Shown here piece by piece: positions 1-10,545 of a stretch of 64,000 bases of DNA. How positions within the stretch are numbered: the first letter of the stretch is position 1; every line of letters begins with the position of its first letter. This DNA comes from Parasphingorhabdus sp. Its GTDB lineage: Bacteria > Pseudomonadota > Alphaproteobacteria > Sphingomonadales > Sphingomonadaceae. Where the stretch lies: the NCBI RefSeq assembly GCF_048269915.1, contig NZ_JBLWTY010000002.1:272449-336448 (forward strand), in the 5' to 3' direction. Below the pieces are notes generated by a model. The model had not been told where the DNA came from, did not search any database, and saw only the letters and a list, made by a program, of their open reading frames with translations. The position numbers were made by a program, and so were the translations under genes.

Positions 1-1718
<1,718 letters not shown>

Positions 1719-1727
1719 GCCGGCCTG

Positions 1728-2906
1728 TTGAAACCGTCAGCCAGAGTGCAGTCGGCGATTGATTTGCTCGATGAGATTATAGTCGCGGCGCGGGATGGGG
1801 GGGCGTCGGCGGACGCGATTGCAAAAAAATATTTCAAGGCCCGCCGCTACGCCGGATCGAAAGACCGCAGAGCCATTCGGGAGCATGTTTATGCTGCGAT
1901 CCGTCGCTGGGGTGACCGGCCGGAAAGCGGGCGGCAGGCTATGCTTGGGCTGGCGGCGGAGCAACCCGATCTGAGAGCGCTTTTCGACGGGTCGGACTAT
2001 GGTCCCGCCGCGATCAAGGAGGGAGAGCCGGTGGCCCGCGGTGCACAGGTGCCCGGCTGGCTGGCTGACAAATTTGCCGGTCCGATCGACGAGCAGGAGC
2101 AAAAAGCCCTTTTCGATCGCGCGCCGCTGCATATCCGGGCCAATGCCCGGCTTGTGGCGGATTCCATAGTTGAGGCGACATGGTCGGAAGCAGTGCCACT
2201 GGCCTTGCCGCATAGCTATGCGCTTCCGGCGGGCACACAAGTGGAAAACAGCGCGCCCTATCGGGATGGTGCCATCGAGATACAGGATCTCGGCAGCCAG
2301 GCCATTGCCCTGGCGGCGGTGGCATCAAAGCCGGGACTGGTGCTTGATCTGTGTGCCGGAGCCGGCGGTAAAACGCTTGCGCTGGCCGCCATGCTCCCGG
2401 CCGACAGCAAGATTATCGCCGCCGATACAGACCGGGGTCGCCTCAGCCGGATTGAGCCCCGCATCGGGAGATCCGGCGCCGATAATATTGAGACAATTCT
2501 GCTGTCGCCGGGCAAGGAAATGGATTCGCTGGAACATCTGAAGGGCAAGTGCGATCTGGTTTTGATTGATGCGCCGTGCAGCGGGACCGGCACCTGGCGA
2601 CGGAATCCCGAGTTGCGCTGGCGGATGACACCCAAACGGCTCGCGCAGACCACCGAGCTGCAGCATAGACTGATCAATCTGGGCAGCGAACTGGTAAAAC
2701 CCGGCGGGCGGCTGGTCTACGCGGTTTGTTCGCTTCTTGATGCGGAAGGCGGCGATCAGGCAGAAGCCTTTCTGGCAGACCATAGGCAATGGCAGGAAAT
2801 AGCCATTGATTTGCCGCTTGGTCGTCCATATCGTGGTGGCACTCTTCTTTCACCATATCATGATGGAACGGATGGCTTTTATTTTTCCTGTCTCGAAAAA
2901 TTATGA
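1728..2906 (+). CDS. RsmB/NOP2/Sun-family SAM-dependent RNA (cytosine-C5) methyltransferase
   Basis: 392-aa ORF with a TTG start. Motifs: DLCAGAGGKT (SAM site), DAPCSGTGTWRRNPELRW and AVCS (the two catalytic Cys motifs). Confidence 0.88.
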   Translation: MKPSARVQSAIDLLDEIIVAARDGGASADAIAKKYFKARRYAGSKDRRAIREHVYAAIRRWGDRPESGRQAMLGLAAEQPDLRALFDGSDYGPAAIKEGEPVARGAQVPGWLADKFAGPIDEQEQKALFDRAPLHIRANARLVADSIVEATWSEAVPLALPHSYALPAGTQVENSAPYRDGAIEIQDLGSQAIALAAVASKPGLVLDLCAGAGGKTLALAAMLPADSKIIAADTDRGRLSRIEPRIGRSGADNIETILLSPGKEMDSLEHLKGKCDLVLIDAPCSGTGTWRRNPELRWRMTPKRLAQTTELQHRLINLGSELVKPGGRLVYAVCSLLDAEGGDQAEAFLADHRQWQEIAIDLPLGRPYRGGTLLSPYHDGTDGFYFSCLEKL

Positions 2907-2975
2907 TAGCGAACCATGTTAAGCCAGCATGCAGATGATACTGGCTATGGCCGTGAGAGTTTATTGGAGCTGATT

Positions 2976-3506
2976 ATGCGTTTTTCACCGGCTGTTGTCG
3001 CCTTGTCCCTCGTTTTTGCCACTGCTTCGAGCGCCGGTTTTGGCCAGTCCGCCGATATCGAAATCAAGCCGCAGTCGGTCGAATATATGCAGTTGGGAGA
3101 AGCCGCTCAGAAACGCGATGAGCTGGATCTCGCGGCGGACCTATATGAAACGGCACTGGCTGTGGATCCGCGCAACGGTTCCGCGTTTATCGCACTGGCG
3201 CAAATTGCCCGCGTACAGCAGCTTCCCGGCAAGGCAATCCGGCTTTATCGCGAAGCGCTCATTCTGAACCCGAATAATCTCGATGCCCTTGCGGGGCAGG
3301 GAGAGGCGCTGATCCAGCGCGGCGCTCTGGAAAAAGCCCGGGTGAACCTGTCGCGAATTGAAACCCTGTGCCGGACACGCTGTGCGCAAAATGACCAGCT
3401 GGCAGCGGCAATCAAGCTTGCCGACAAAAAGCCGGTTCTGTCGGCAGAGGCGGTTACGCCAAAGCCAAAAATTGGCGAGGAAGAGCCGGCGGCGGAAACA
3501 CCCTGA
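2976..3506 (+). CDS. Secreted TPR-repeat protein
   Basis: ATG 2976 follows GGAG at 2965-2968. Signal peptide MRFSPAVVALSLVFATASSAGFG, then TPR-like helices (AADLYETALAVDPRN, AIRLYREALILNPNN). Confidence 0.75.
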   Translation: MRFSPAVVALSLVFATASSAGFGQSADIEIKPQSVEYMQLGEAAQKRDELDLAADLYETALAVDPRNGSAFIALAQIARVQQLPGKAIRLYREALILNPNNLDALAGQGEALIQRGALEKARVNLSRIETLCRTRCAQNDQLAAAIKLADKKPVLSAEAVTPKPKIGEEEPAAETP

Positions 3507-3527
3507 CAAGCAGGGCTCCCGCTTCAA

Positions 3528-4478
3528 TTAAAAATCATAGACCAGGCTAGCGCGGCTGATCGTGTCAGTTTTGATGCGGCCGGCGGGCGGATTGGTTTCA
3601 TGCTCAATCGCATAGGAAAAACGCGCGGAAAGGGAGCCGAGCAGCTTTGCATCGAGCGCTGACGTGGCTGTCAAGCTTGTGTTGTCGCTGCTGATGACGG
3701 CAACAGTGGATGTGAACCCTTGTGCATCGCTAGCATAGGTCCCGCCGGCATCCTGGGAAAATTTCAGACTGTCCGAAATTTTCCAGTCAAAATCTATGCC
3801 GACCAAACCGGCAAGGCTGCTTTTGGAATCGCCAGCAGAGAAATTGGTTATCCGGATCGCGGGACCAGCTTTGATGGCGAGCCTGACGTCTTTGGTTTTG
3901 ACCAGTTCATAACCCAGGCCGCCGGATAGCGTGTAGCGAGCAGAGAAGCCTTGGAAACGGTCCCGTTCAAACTGTGCCAGACCATAAGCGTATAGCTTTT
4001 TATCAAATTTATAATTTGGTTCGATGGTCGCGCTCAGCTGATCCCGGGTGGTCTTGCCGCTATTGCGCTCATAGTCAGCCCGGGCCTGGACATTCAGGCG
4101 CCATTTGACGGCATCTTTGACAAGCTTGACACCACCGCCAAGACCCAGGTTTCTCGTATTGCCCGTTGAACGAAAGCCGCCCAGCTCTCCTTGTCCCTTC
4201 CAGTTTTCAAAAAAGCCGGCTTCCTGCTTTTCGCGCACGGCCGCCTCCGCCAGTTTCGCCTGTTTGGCATTATAGGTCGTCATTATCGCATCAATTTCGG
4301 CGAGATCATCAGGGTTTGTCGCTTTGGCAATTTTGACCACCGCGAGTACATCTTGCTTGTTGCCAGAAGCAATGGCCGCGTCAATCATGGCTTTTACCGG
4401 GGCAGGGAGTGCAGCGTCAGCTGGCGAAGGAAAAATCGCCGCAATGACCATTGCGGACGTTAATGCTAGTCTGGGCAT
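3528..4478 (-). CDS. DUF481-family outer-membrane beta-barrel protein
   Basis: 316 aa with a signal peptide and a helical N-terminal region. Alternating beta-strand pattern (GGVKLVKD, ARADYERNSG, YAYGLAQFERDRF) and a C-terminal aromatic residue (...LVYDF). Confidence 0.8.
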   Translation of the reverse strand: MPRLALTSAMVIAAIFPSPADAALPAPVKAMIDAAIASGNKQDVLAVVKIAKATNPDDLAEIDAIMTTYNAKQAKLAEAAVREKQEAGFFENWKGQGELGGFRSTGNTRNLGLGGGVKLVKDAVKWRLNVQARADYERNSGKTTRDQLSATIEPNYKFDKKLYAYGLAQFERDRFQGFSARYTLSGGLGYELVKTKDVRLAIKAGPAIRITNFSAGDSKSSLAGLVGIDFDWKISDSLKFSQDAGGTYASDAQGFTSTVAVISSDNTSLTATSALDAKLLGSLSARFSYAIEHETNPPAGRIKTDTISRASLVYDF

Positions 4479-4499
4479 AGTGAAATCCTGAATGGGGGG

Positions 4500-5027
4500 C
4501 TAGATCAGCGGTCCGAATTCTTTCAACAGCGCACGATACAGGTCCCGTTTGAAGGGAACGATCATTTCTGGCAAGACCTCGGGGTCGGCCCATTTCCAGT
4601 CTGAAAATTCGGGATGGTCCGTCTGGATATTGATATGCTGGTCCTGACCGGTGAACCGCATCAGGAACCAACTCTGCCGTTGGCCGCGATATTTGCCCTT
4701 CCATATCTTTCCCAGCAATTCCTCGGGAAGATCATAGAGATAGTCCTCTTGGCTGCGGCCGATAATATGGACATGGTCCGGGACGACGCCGGTTTCCTCC
4801 CGCAATTCGCGCAAGGCTGCAGTTTCGGCGTCCTCGCCCTTGTCGATTCCACCTTGCGGCATTTGCCAGGCGTCGGGATAATTGCTTTTGGCAGCATCCA
4901 GCCGCTGCCCGACAAATATCTGGCCTTCGCGGTTGGCGAGCATGATACCGGCGCAGGGGCGGTAGGGGAGAGTGTCAAAGTTGATCTTATTTCTCCAGTG
5001 ACGACAGCAGGGTTTTCCACGCGGCAA
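4500..5027 (-). CDS. rppH: RNA pyrophosphohydrolase (Nudix)
   Basis: LPYRPCAGIML and Nudix box GGIDKGEDAETAALRELREETGV. The only upstream start is TTG at 5027, which overlaps the 3' end of the upstream co-directional (minus-strand) hydrolase gene by 41 nt, so the start is uncertain. Confidence 0.85.
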   Translation of the reverse strand: MPRGKPCCRHWRNKINFDTLPYRPCAGIMLANREGQIFVGQRLDAAKSNYPDAWQMPQGGIDKGEDAETAALRELREETGVVPDHVHIIGRSQEDYLYDLPEELLGKIWKGKYRGQRQSWFLMRFTGQDQHINIQTDHPEFSDWKWADPEVLPEMIVPFKRDLYRALLKEFGPLI

Positions 5028-5937
5028 TCATCTTGTCGACATCCTGTTGTGCCGAGGGCACGGCCTTGCGAATGTTGATGAAGCCGTGAATATTCCCCGA
5101 CATTTCAATGTAATTCGTGTTGATGCCGTGCCGGATCAGGTCGGCGGCATATTCACGGCCCTGGTCGCGCAGGGGATCAAGACCGGCTGTTACCAAAACC
5201 GTCGGTGGTGATTTGGCAAGGTCGCCAAGATAGGGGGAGACCCGCAGATCATCATCTTTTGCCGCATAATGATTGGCGAAATAGTCCATGCTTTCCTTGG
5301 TTAGCAGAAAGCCCTCGGCAAATTCGTCCATCGAGCCGCCTTCGGCGTCCATCCGGGTCGCGGGATAGATCGGGAATTGCGCGATCACCGGAAGGGCTGC
5401 GGGTTCCTGAGCGAAAACCTGACCGATAACCAGGGCCAGGTTGCCGCCAGCGCTATCGCCGCAGGGGATTACCCCTGTTAGCTTCAATCCAAGATCACCA
5501 TGATTTTCTGCTATCCACCGGGTTGCGGCAATACTGTCCAATGGAGCCGCCGGGAAAGGCGCTTCCGGAGCGCACCGATAATCAACCGCGATTACGGGAA
5601 GATCCATGGCATCGGCAATATAGGTACAGAAGCTGTGGTGCGATTCCAGGTCGCCAATGACAAAGCCGCCACCGTGATAGAAGATAATGGCGGGGCCTTC
5701 ATCGGCTCTGCTGGCTCGCTTGTCGTAGAGCCGCATGGGGATATCGCCGTCGGATCCAGGACAAGAAAGATTCTCTGTCCGCGCGAGATCGACAGCATCC
5801 GCTTCCAGCATCGTCGCCATCATATTGTACATTTCGCGTGCAACGGGAGGTTCCACCTCCGACATGAGCGGCTGGTCCGATTGTGCCAGCATCGTTAAAA
5901 TCATCTGCACATCGGGGCGAACATATGCGTCAGTCAT
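4987..5937 (-). CDS. Alpha/beta hydrolase, hormone-sensitive-lipase-like esterase
   Basis: Oxyanion motif HGGGF and nucleophile elbow GDSAGGNLA; ATG start confirmed at 5937. Confidence 0.88.
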   Translation of the reverse strand: MTDAYVRPDVQMILTMLAQSDQPLMSEVEPPVAREMYNMMATMLEADAVDLARTENLSCPGSDGDIPMRLYDKRASRADEGPAIIFYHGGGFVIGDLESHHSFCTYIADAMDLPVIAVDYRCAPEAPFPAAPLDSIAATRWIAENHGDLGLKLTGVIPCGDSAGGNLALVIGQVFAQEPAALPVIAQFPIYPATRMDAEGGSMDEFAEGFLLTKESMDYFANHYAAKDDDLRVSPYLGDLAKSPPTVLVTAGLDPLRDQGREYAADLIRHGINTNYIEMSGNIHGFINIRKAVPSAQQDVDKMIAAWKTLLSSLEK

Positions 5938-6115
5938 CTCTCTTCTCCAACCGTTTAACCGACCGATTAGATCAGCCTGTGCGGCCTAGGCAAGCGCTAA
6001 TCGGAGCGGACCACCCAAACAAATGCTTTATCCCTATTAGTTTTTGTGGTTTGAAGCGCGACACATTGCTGCTCTAGGGCGGTTTGCGTAATAATAAAGG
6101 CACGGAAAATCCAAT

Positions 6116-8005
6116 ATGGCCACCGCAGTAAAGCAGGAAGATTCCAATAGTCCCCATCCGGAAGGCGCCGAAAATGTCGTCGTCCGTTTCGCCGGCGACA
6201 GCGGCGACGGGATGCAGTTGACCGGGGGGCAATTTACCTTGTCGACAGCATTGGCAGGCAATGATCTCGCGACATTTCCCGATTTCCCGGCAGAGATTCG
6301 GGCGCCGCAGGGGACTTTGTTCGGCGTCTCTGCATTCCAGATCAACTTCGGCTCACGCGCAATCGAGACGGCCGGTGACCAGCCGGACGTGCTGATCGCC
6401 ATGAATCCGGCGGCCTTGAAAACCAATGTCCAGGCGGTGCGTGCCGGCGGACTGGTGATTGCTGACGAGGGCGAGTTCGGGAAGCGCAATCTCGACAAGG
6501 CCCATTACGAGAGCAATCCGCTGGAAGACGGCTCACTGGCCAAATGGCAGTTGCTCAAGCTGAATATTTCGCAGCTGACGCTGGATGCGGTCAAGCCCTT
6601 CGGACTGGGTAACAAGGAAGCCTTGCGTTGCAAGAATATGTGGACGCTGGGTCTGGCCCTGTGGATGTTTGAGCGCGAGCGCGAACCGATCATCCAGTGG
6701 CTGAAAAGCAAATTTGCCAAGCTTCCCGAAATTGCGGAAGCCAATATTGCCGCGCTCAACGCCGGTCATGCTTATGGCGAAACGGCGGAAATTTCCGGCG
6801 ATGGCCTGGGTGGCGGTCACCTGTCTCCGCACAAGGTTGCCGCGGCTCCGGCCGAACCAGGCAAATATAGAACGGTAACCGGCGCGGAATCGCTGTCTCT
6901 GGGGCTGGTAGCCGGAGCGCAAATGGCCGGACTACCGATGTTCTTTGGCGGCTATCCGATCACGCCGGCATCGGCGATTCTGCATCACCTGTCACGGCTC
7001 AAGGAATTTGGCGTCACCACATTCCAGGCCGAAGACGAGATTGCGGCGATTACCGCGGCCATTGGTGCCAGCTATGCCGGTAGCCTCGGGATCACATCCT
7101 CTTCCGGTCCCGGTATTGCGCTGAAAGGCGAGGCGCTGGGTCTGGCGATCATGACCGAACTGCCTTTGGTGATCGTCAATTCGCAGCGTGGCGGTCCTTC
7201 GACCGGTCTGCCCACCAAGACCGAACAGTCCGATCTCTATCAGGCGGTCTATGGCCGTAACGGGGATGCGCCGATGCCGGTGATCGCGGCGCGCTCGCCG
7301 GAAGACGCCTTCTACTGCGCGATCGAGGCGGTGCGGATTGCGGTGCAATATATGACGCCGGTGATGTTGCTCACCGACGGCTATATCGCCAATGCGGCGG
7401 AACCGTGGAAGATTCCGGATGTCGACGGTCTCGAGCATTTTCCGGTCAGCTTCATGACCGAAAAGCCGGAAGGCCCGCTCTTGCCTTACAGTCGCGACGC
7501 GAAACTGGCGCGGCCCTGGATCAAGCCGGGTACGCCGGGCCTGATGCACCGGATTGGCGGTATCGAGAAGGGGCTGAATACCGGTCATATCGACTATGCA
7601 CCGGCCAACCACCAGACGATGACCGAAATTCGCCGCGACAAGGTTCTGGGCGTTGCGGACAGTCTGCCCGACCAGGAACTCGCGTTCGGCAAACCGGGCG
7701 CGAAGCTGGCCGTTGTCGGCTGGGGCTCCACCTTCGGGCCGATTCACCAGGCGGTGTCGCGCGCCGGTGCCAACGGCAAGGATGTGGCGCATATCCATAT
7801 CCGCAATATCTGGCCCTTGCCGAAGAATCTCGGTGAATTGCTGAAGAGCTTTGACCGGATCATTGTCCCGGAAATGAATACCGGACAGTTGAAGACCATA
7901 TTGCGCGATCAATATCTGGTCGATGCCAGGCCGGTGAACAAGGTTTCCGGCCAGCCATTTACCATCACCGAAATTGAAGCCGCGATCGAGGAGGCTCTGG
8001 CATGA
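6116..8005 (+). CDS. korA: 2-oxoacid (2-oxoglutarate):ferredoxin oxidoreductase, alpha subunit
   Basis: 629 aa with GDSGDGMQ at the N-terminus, GYPITPAS and SSSGPGIALK. The stop overlaps the korB start (ATGA). Confidence 0.9.
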   Translation: MATAVKQEDSNSPHPEGAENVVVRFAGDSGDGMQLTGGQFTLSTALAGNDLATFPDFPAEIRAPQGTLFGVSAFQINFGSRAIETAGDQPDVLIAMNPAALKTNVQAVRAGGLVIADEGEFGKRNLDKAHYESNPLEDGSLAKWQLLKLNISQLTLDAVKPFGLGNKEALRCKNMWTLGLALWMFEREREPIIQWLKSKFAKLPEIAEANIAALNAGHAYGETAEISGDGLGGGHLSPHKVAAAPAEPGKYRTVTGAESLSLGLVAGAQMAGLPMFFGGYPITPASAILHHLSRLKEFGVTTFQAEDEIAAITAAIGASYAGSLGITSSSGPGIALKGEALGLAIMTELPLVIVNSQRGGPSTGLPTKTEQSDLYQAVYGRNGDAPMPVIAARSPEDAFYCAIEAVRIAVQYMTPVMLLTDGYIANAAEPWKIPDVDGLEHFPVSFMTEKPEGPLLPYSRDAKLARPWIKPGTPGLMHRIGGIEKGLNTGHIDYAPANHQTMTEIRRDKVLGVADSLPDQELAFGKPGAKLAVVGWGSTFGPIHQAVSRAGANGKDVAHIHIRNIWPLPKNLGELLKSFDRIIVPEMNTGQLKTILRDQYLVDARPVNKVSGQPFTITEIEAAIEEALA

Positions 8006-9033
8006 ACGAGATGACCAAAATCACGACGACGCTGAAAGACTGGGAAACCGATCAGGAAGTACGCTGGTGCCCGGGTTGCGGCGATTATGCCATTCTCAAG
8101 GCCGTGCAGCGGACCATGCCCGATCTGGGTGCTGACCCGTCAAACACGGTGTTTATCAGTGGCATCGGCTGCTCCTCACGCTTTCCCTATTATATGGAAA
8201 CCTACGGCTTTCACACGATCCACGGTCGGGCACCTGCGGTAGCGACCGGCGTGAAGCTGGCCAATCCGGAACTGGATGTCTGGATCATCACCGGCGATGG
8301 CGATGCGCTGTCGATCGGTGGCAATCACACGATGCACCTGCTGCGCCGGAATCTCGATTGCCAGGTGATGCTGTTCAACAACGAGATTTACGGGCTGACC
8401 AAGGGCCAATATTCGCCAACCAGCCGGCAGGGTACGCAAAGTCCCTCGACGCCTTATGGTTCGGTTGATCGCCCCGCCTCACCCTGTGCCTTTGCGCTGG
8501 GCGCGGGCGCGCGGTTCGTGGCGCGCGGCATCGATGTACACAAGGGGCTGCCCGATGTGCTGAAAGCGGCCCACGCGCACAAGGGCGCGTCGTTCATCGA
8601 GATTTTCCAGAATTGCATCGTCTACAACAAGGATGTGTTCGAGGAATTTGCTGCCAAGAAGACCGCTGCCGAAACACAACTGCACTTGGTCGAGGGCGAA
8701 CCGATGCTCTTTGCCAAGGGTGAAAAGGGCATCACGCTCAACCGGGACACCTTGCAGCTTGAAGTGGTCGATGTCGTCGATGGCGACTGGCAAGCCGCAG
8801 GCGTGATTGTCCATGACGCCACCAACCGTTCGGTCGCGCATATGCTGGTCGAAATGGAGTTTGGCATATTCCCGATGGCGCTCGGTGTGCTTTACAATGA
8901 TCCGCGGCCAACATTTGAAGCGGCAGTAGTGGAGCAAAATGTGAAGGTGTCGACCGGCAAGACGCCCGACTTGCAGGCCTTGCTGAGCAAGGGGCAGACC
9001 TGGACGGTGACCGAGGGCGGGCCGGAACTGTAA
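8002..9033 (+). CDS. korB: 2-oxoacid:ferredoxin oxidoreductase, beta (TPP-binding) subunit
   Basis: WCPGCGDYAIL, GIGCSSRF and TGDGDALSIGGNH (TPP motif); translationally coupled to korA. Confidence 0.9.
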   Translation: MNEMTKITTTLKDWETDQEVRWCPGCGDYAILKAVQRTMPDLGADPSNTVFISGIGCSSRFPYYMETYGFHTIHGRAPAVATGVKLANPELDVWIITGDGDALSIGGNHTMHLLRRNLDCQVMLFNNEIYGLTKGQYSPTSRQGTQSPSTPYGSVDRPASPCAFALGAGARFVARGIDVHKGLPDVLKAAHAHKGASFIEIFQNCIVYNKDVFEEFAAKKTAAETQLHLVEGEPMLFAKGEKGITLNRDTLQLEVVDVVDGDWQAAGVIVHDATNRSVAHMLVEMEFGIFPMALGVLYNDPRPTFEAAVVEQNVKVSTGKTPDLQALLSKGQTWTVTEGGPEL

Positions 9034-9044
9034 AGTCTGGGGAC

Positions 9045-9066
9045 TCGCACGAAGACACGAAGGCAC
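9045..9066. repeat. Left arm of a 22-bp inverted repeat flanking the GxxExxY ORF
   Basis: tcgcacgaagacacgaaggcac is the reverse complement of 9484-9505 at 20 of 22 positions. Confidence 0.85.
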
Positions 9067-9078
9067 TAAGATGGGATC

Positions 9079-9468
9079 GTGCAAGATCTTGAATCTATCG
9101 CCAAAATCTCTGTCGATTGCGGGTTTCACCTGTACAGGGATACCGGGCCGGGGCTGCTCGAATCTGCCTATGAGATACTGCTTTTTGAAAGCTTGAAAGA
9201 GAAAGGTCTTGCTGTCGAAAGACAGAAGATCATTCCAGTCACCTTCAAGGGCCGGATTTTGGAAAAAGCTTTTCGGGCCGACTTGATCGTTGAAAGGCAA
9301 ATTCTGATCGAACTCAAATCTACCGAGCGTTTCGCACCCGTTCATGCCAAACAGGTGATTACCTATTTACGACTGATGGATTTGCCACTCGGCTTCCTGA
9401 TGAACTTTGGCGCAGCCACTTTTAAAGATGGTGTGAAGCGGCTAGCCAATCAATATTATGCTGGTTAG
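9079..9468 (+). CDS. GxxExxY-family protein (PD-(D/E)XK nuclease-like fold, PDDEXK_3)
   Basis: 129 aa with a GTG start. GPGLLESAYE (GxxExxY motif) and FRADLIVERQILIELKS (D...E.K core). GC is about 40-50% per 60-nt line, against about 65% in flanking korB. Confidence 0.85.
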   Translation: MQDLESIAKISVDCGFHLYRDTGPGLLESAYEILLFESLKEKGLAVERQKIIPVTFKGRILEKAFRADLIVERQILIELKSTERFAPVHAKQVITYLRLMDLPLGFLMNFGAATFKDGVKRLANQYYAG

Positions 9469-9483
9469 GTCGGAACTTCCTTT

Positions 9484-9505
9484 GTGCTTTCGTGTCTTCG
9501 TGAGA
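9484..9505. repeat. Right arm of the 22-bp inverted repeat flanking the GxxExxY ORF
   Basis: gtgctttcgtgtcttcgtgaga lies 9 nt upstream of the TTG start of the next gene. Confidence 0.85.
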
Positions 9506-9513
9506 GATAAAAT

Positions 9514-10545
9514 TTGGATAACCTGACCCACAGTCTTGCCGGCGCCGTTCTCGGCCAGATGGGCCTCAAGAAGAAAACCGGCCTCGGCATGGCGACGCTG
9601 ATCATCGCCGCCAATATTCCCGATATCGATGCGGTGGCGACGCTGCTCGATGGGGTGCAGCATCTGGCGCTCCGGCGCGGGATCACCCATGGGCCGATTG
9701 CGATGCTGCTACTGCCGCTGCTACTGACCGGGATCATGATCTGGTTTGATCGCTGGCAGACGAAGCGCGGGAAACGGCCTGTGGACCGGTTGCCAATCCA
9801 CAGGGGCTGGCTGTTGGCGCTGGCCTATATCGGCTGTCTGAGCCACCCGGCGCTGGACTGGCTGAACAGCTATGGCATTCGCCTGCTCGAACCCTTTTCC
9901 TCGCAATGGTTTTATGGCGACAGTATTTTCATCATCGATATCTGGATCTGGGCGGCGCTGATCGCCGGCCTCTGGGTTTCGCGGCGGCGGGAGAAGAAGG
10001 GCGCGGGCCATTGGCGACGACCGGCGTGGATCAGCTTTGCCGCGGTCTGTGCTTATATTTTTGCCAATGGTCTGATCACCGGCAAGGCAGAGGCGGAAAC
10101 AACTCTGGCGATCAAGAGTGGATATCATCTCGATCCGGAAATCGTCGTGGCCAACCCTGTCCCGCTCGTTTTTTGGCAACGGGAGATGCTGTGGCAATAT
10201 GGCCAGGATTATTTTCGTGGCGATTATTCTCTCTTTGATAGAAATGAATTAGGCCAAATTCCTGACAAAATAGGTTCCATGGATGCGGCTATCCCCGTTA
10301 AAAGTTTAACCGAGCGATCTGGGAATTTGGCGGCATTTATATTTTGGGCTCGTATGCCATTCACTAAGCTTCTTGAAGACAATGGCGGTGCAGATGTCAG
10401 CTTTTATGACGCGCGGTTCTCAGATGAGTTGGTAGCCGATAGATTTGCTGTGAGAGTTGTGATGAACCCTTCAGAATATAACTCGTATTTGGAATTCTAT
10501 TCTGAATCCTGTGGGCCTGAATGCGCGGCAGACCAAAATGAATAA
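9514..10545 (+). CDS. Membrane-bound metal-dependent hydrolase, YdjM/DUF457 family
   Basis: TTG start. MDNLTHSLAGA and ANIPDIDA motifs, several TM helices, then a roughly 115-aa C-terminal soluble part encoded by a low-GC segment. Confidence 0.8.
   Translation: MDNLTHSLAGAVLGQMGLKKKTGLGMATLIIAANIPDIDAVATLLDGVQHLALRRGITHGPIAMLLLPLLLTGIMIWFDRWQTKRGKRPVDRLPIHRGWLLALAYIGCLSHPALDWLNSYGIRLLEPFSSQWFYGDSIFIIDIWIWAALIAGLWVSRRREKKGAGHWRRPAWISFAAVCAYIFANGLITGKAEAETTLAIKSGYHLDPEIVVANPVPLVFWQREMLWQYGQDYFRGDYSLFDRNELGQIPDKIGSMDAAIPVKSLTERSGNLAAFIFWARMPFTKLLEDNGGADVSFYDARFSDELVADRFAVRVVMNPSEYNSYLEFYSESCGPECAADQNE
10464..10487 (+). promoter_or_regulatory. Possible ECF-sigma-type promoter (GAAC-N16-CGTA) ahead of phrB
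   Basis: GAAC at 10464-10467 and CGTA at 10484-10487 with a 16-nt spacer, about 50 nt upstream of the phrB ATG and inside the 3' end of the ydjM-like gene. Pattern match only. Confidence 0.25.

Noticed and set aside
9469-9513. LexA (SOS) box upstream of the ydjM-like gene, because ydjM is SOS-regulated in E. coli.
   Set aside because: The best candidate, gaacttcctttgtgc, is GAAC-N7-GTGC. It matches only one half-site of the alphaproteobacterial direct-repeat box.
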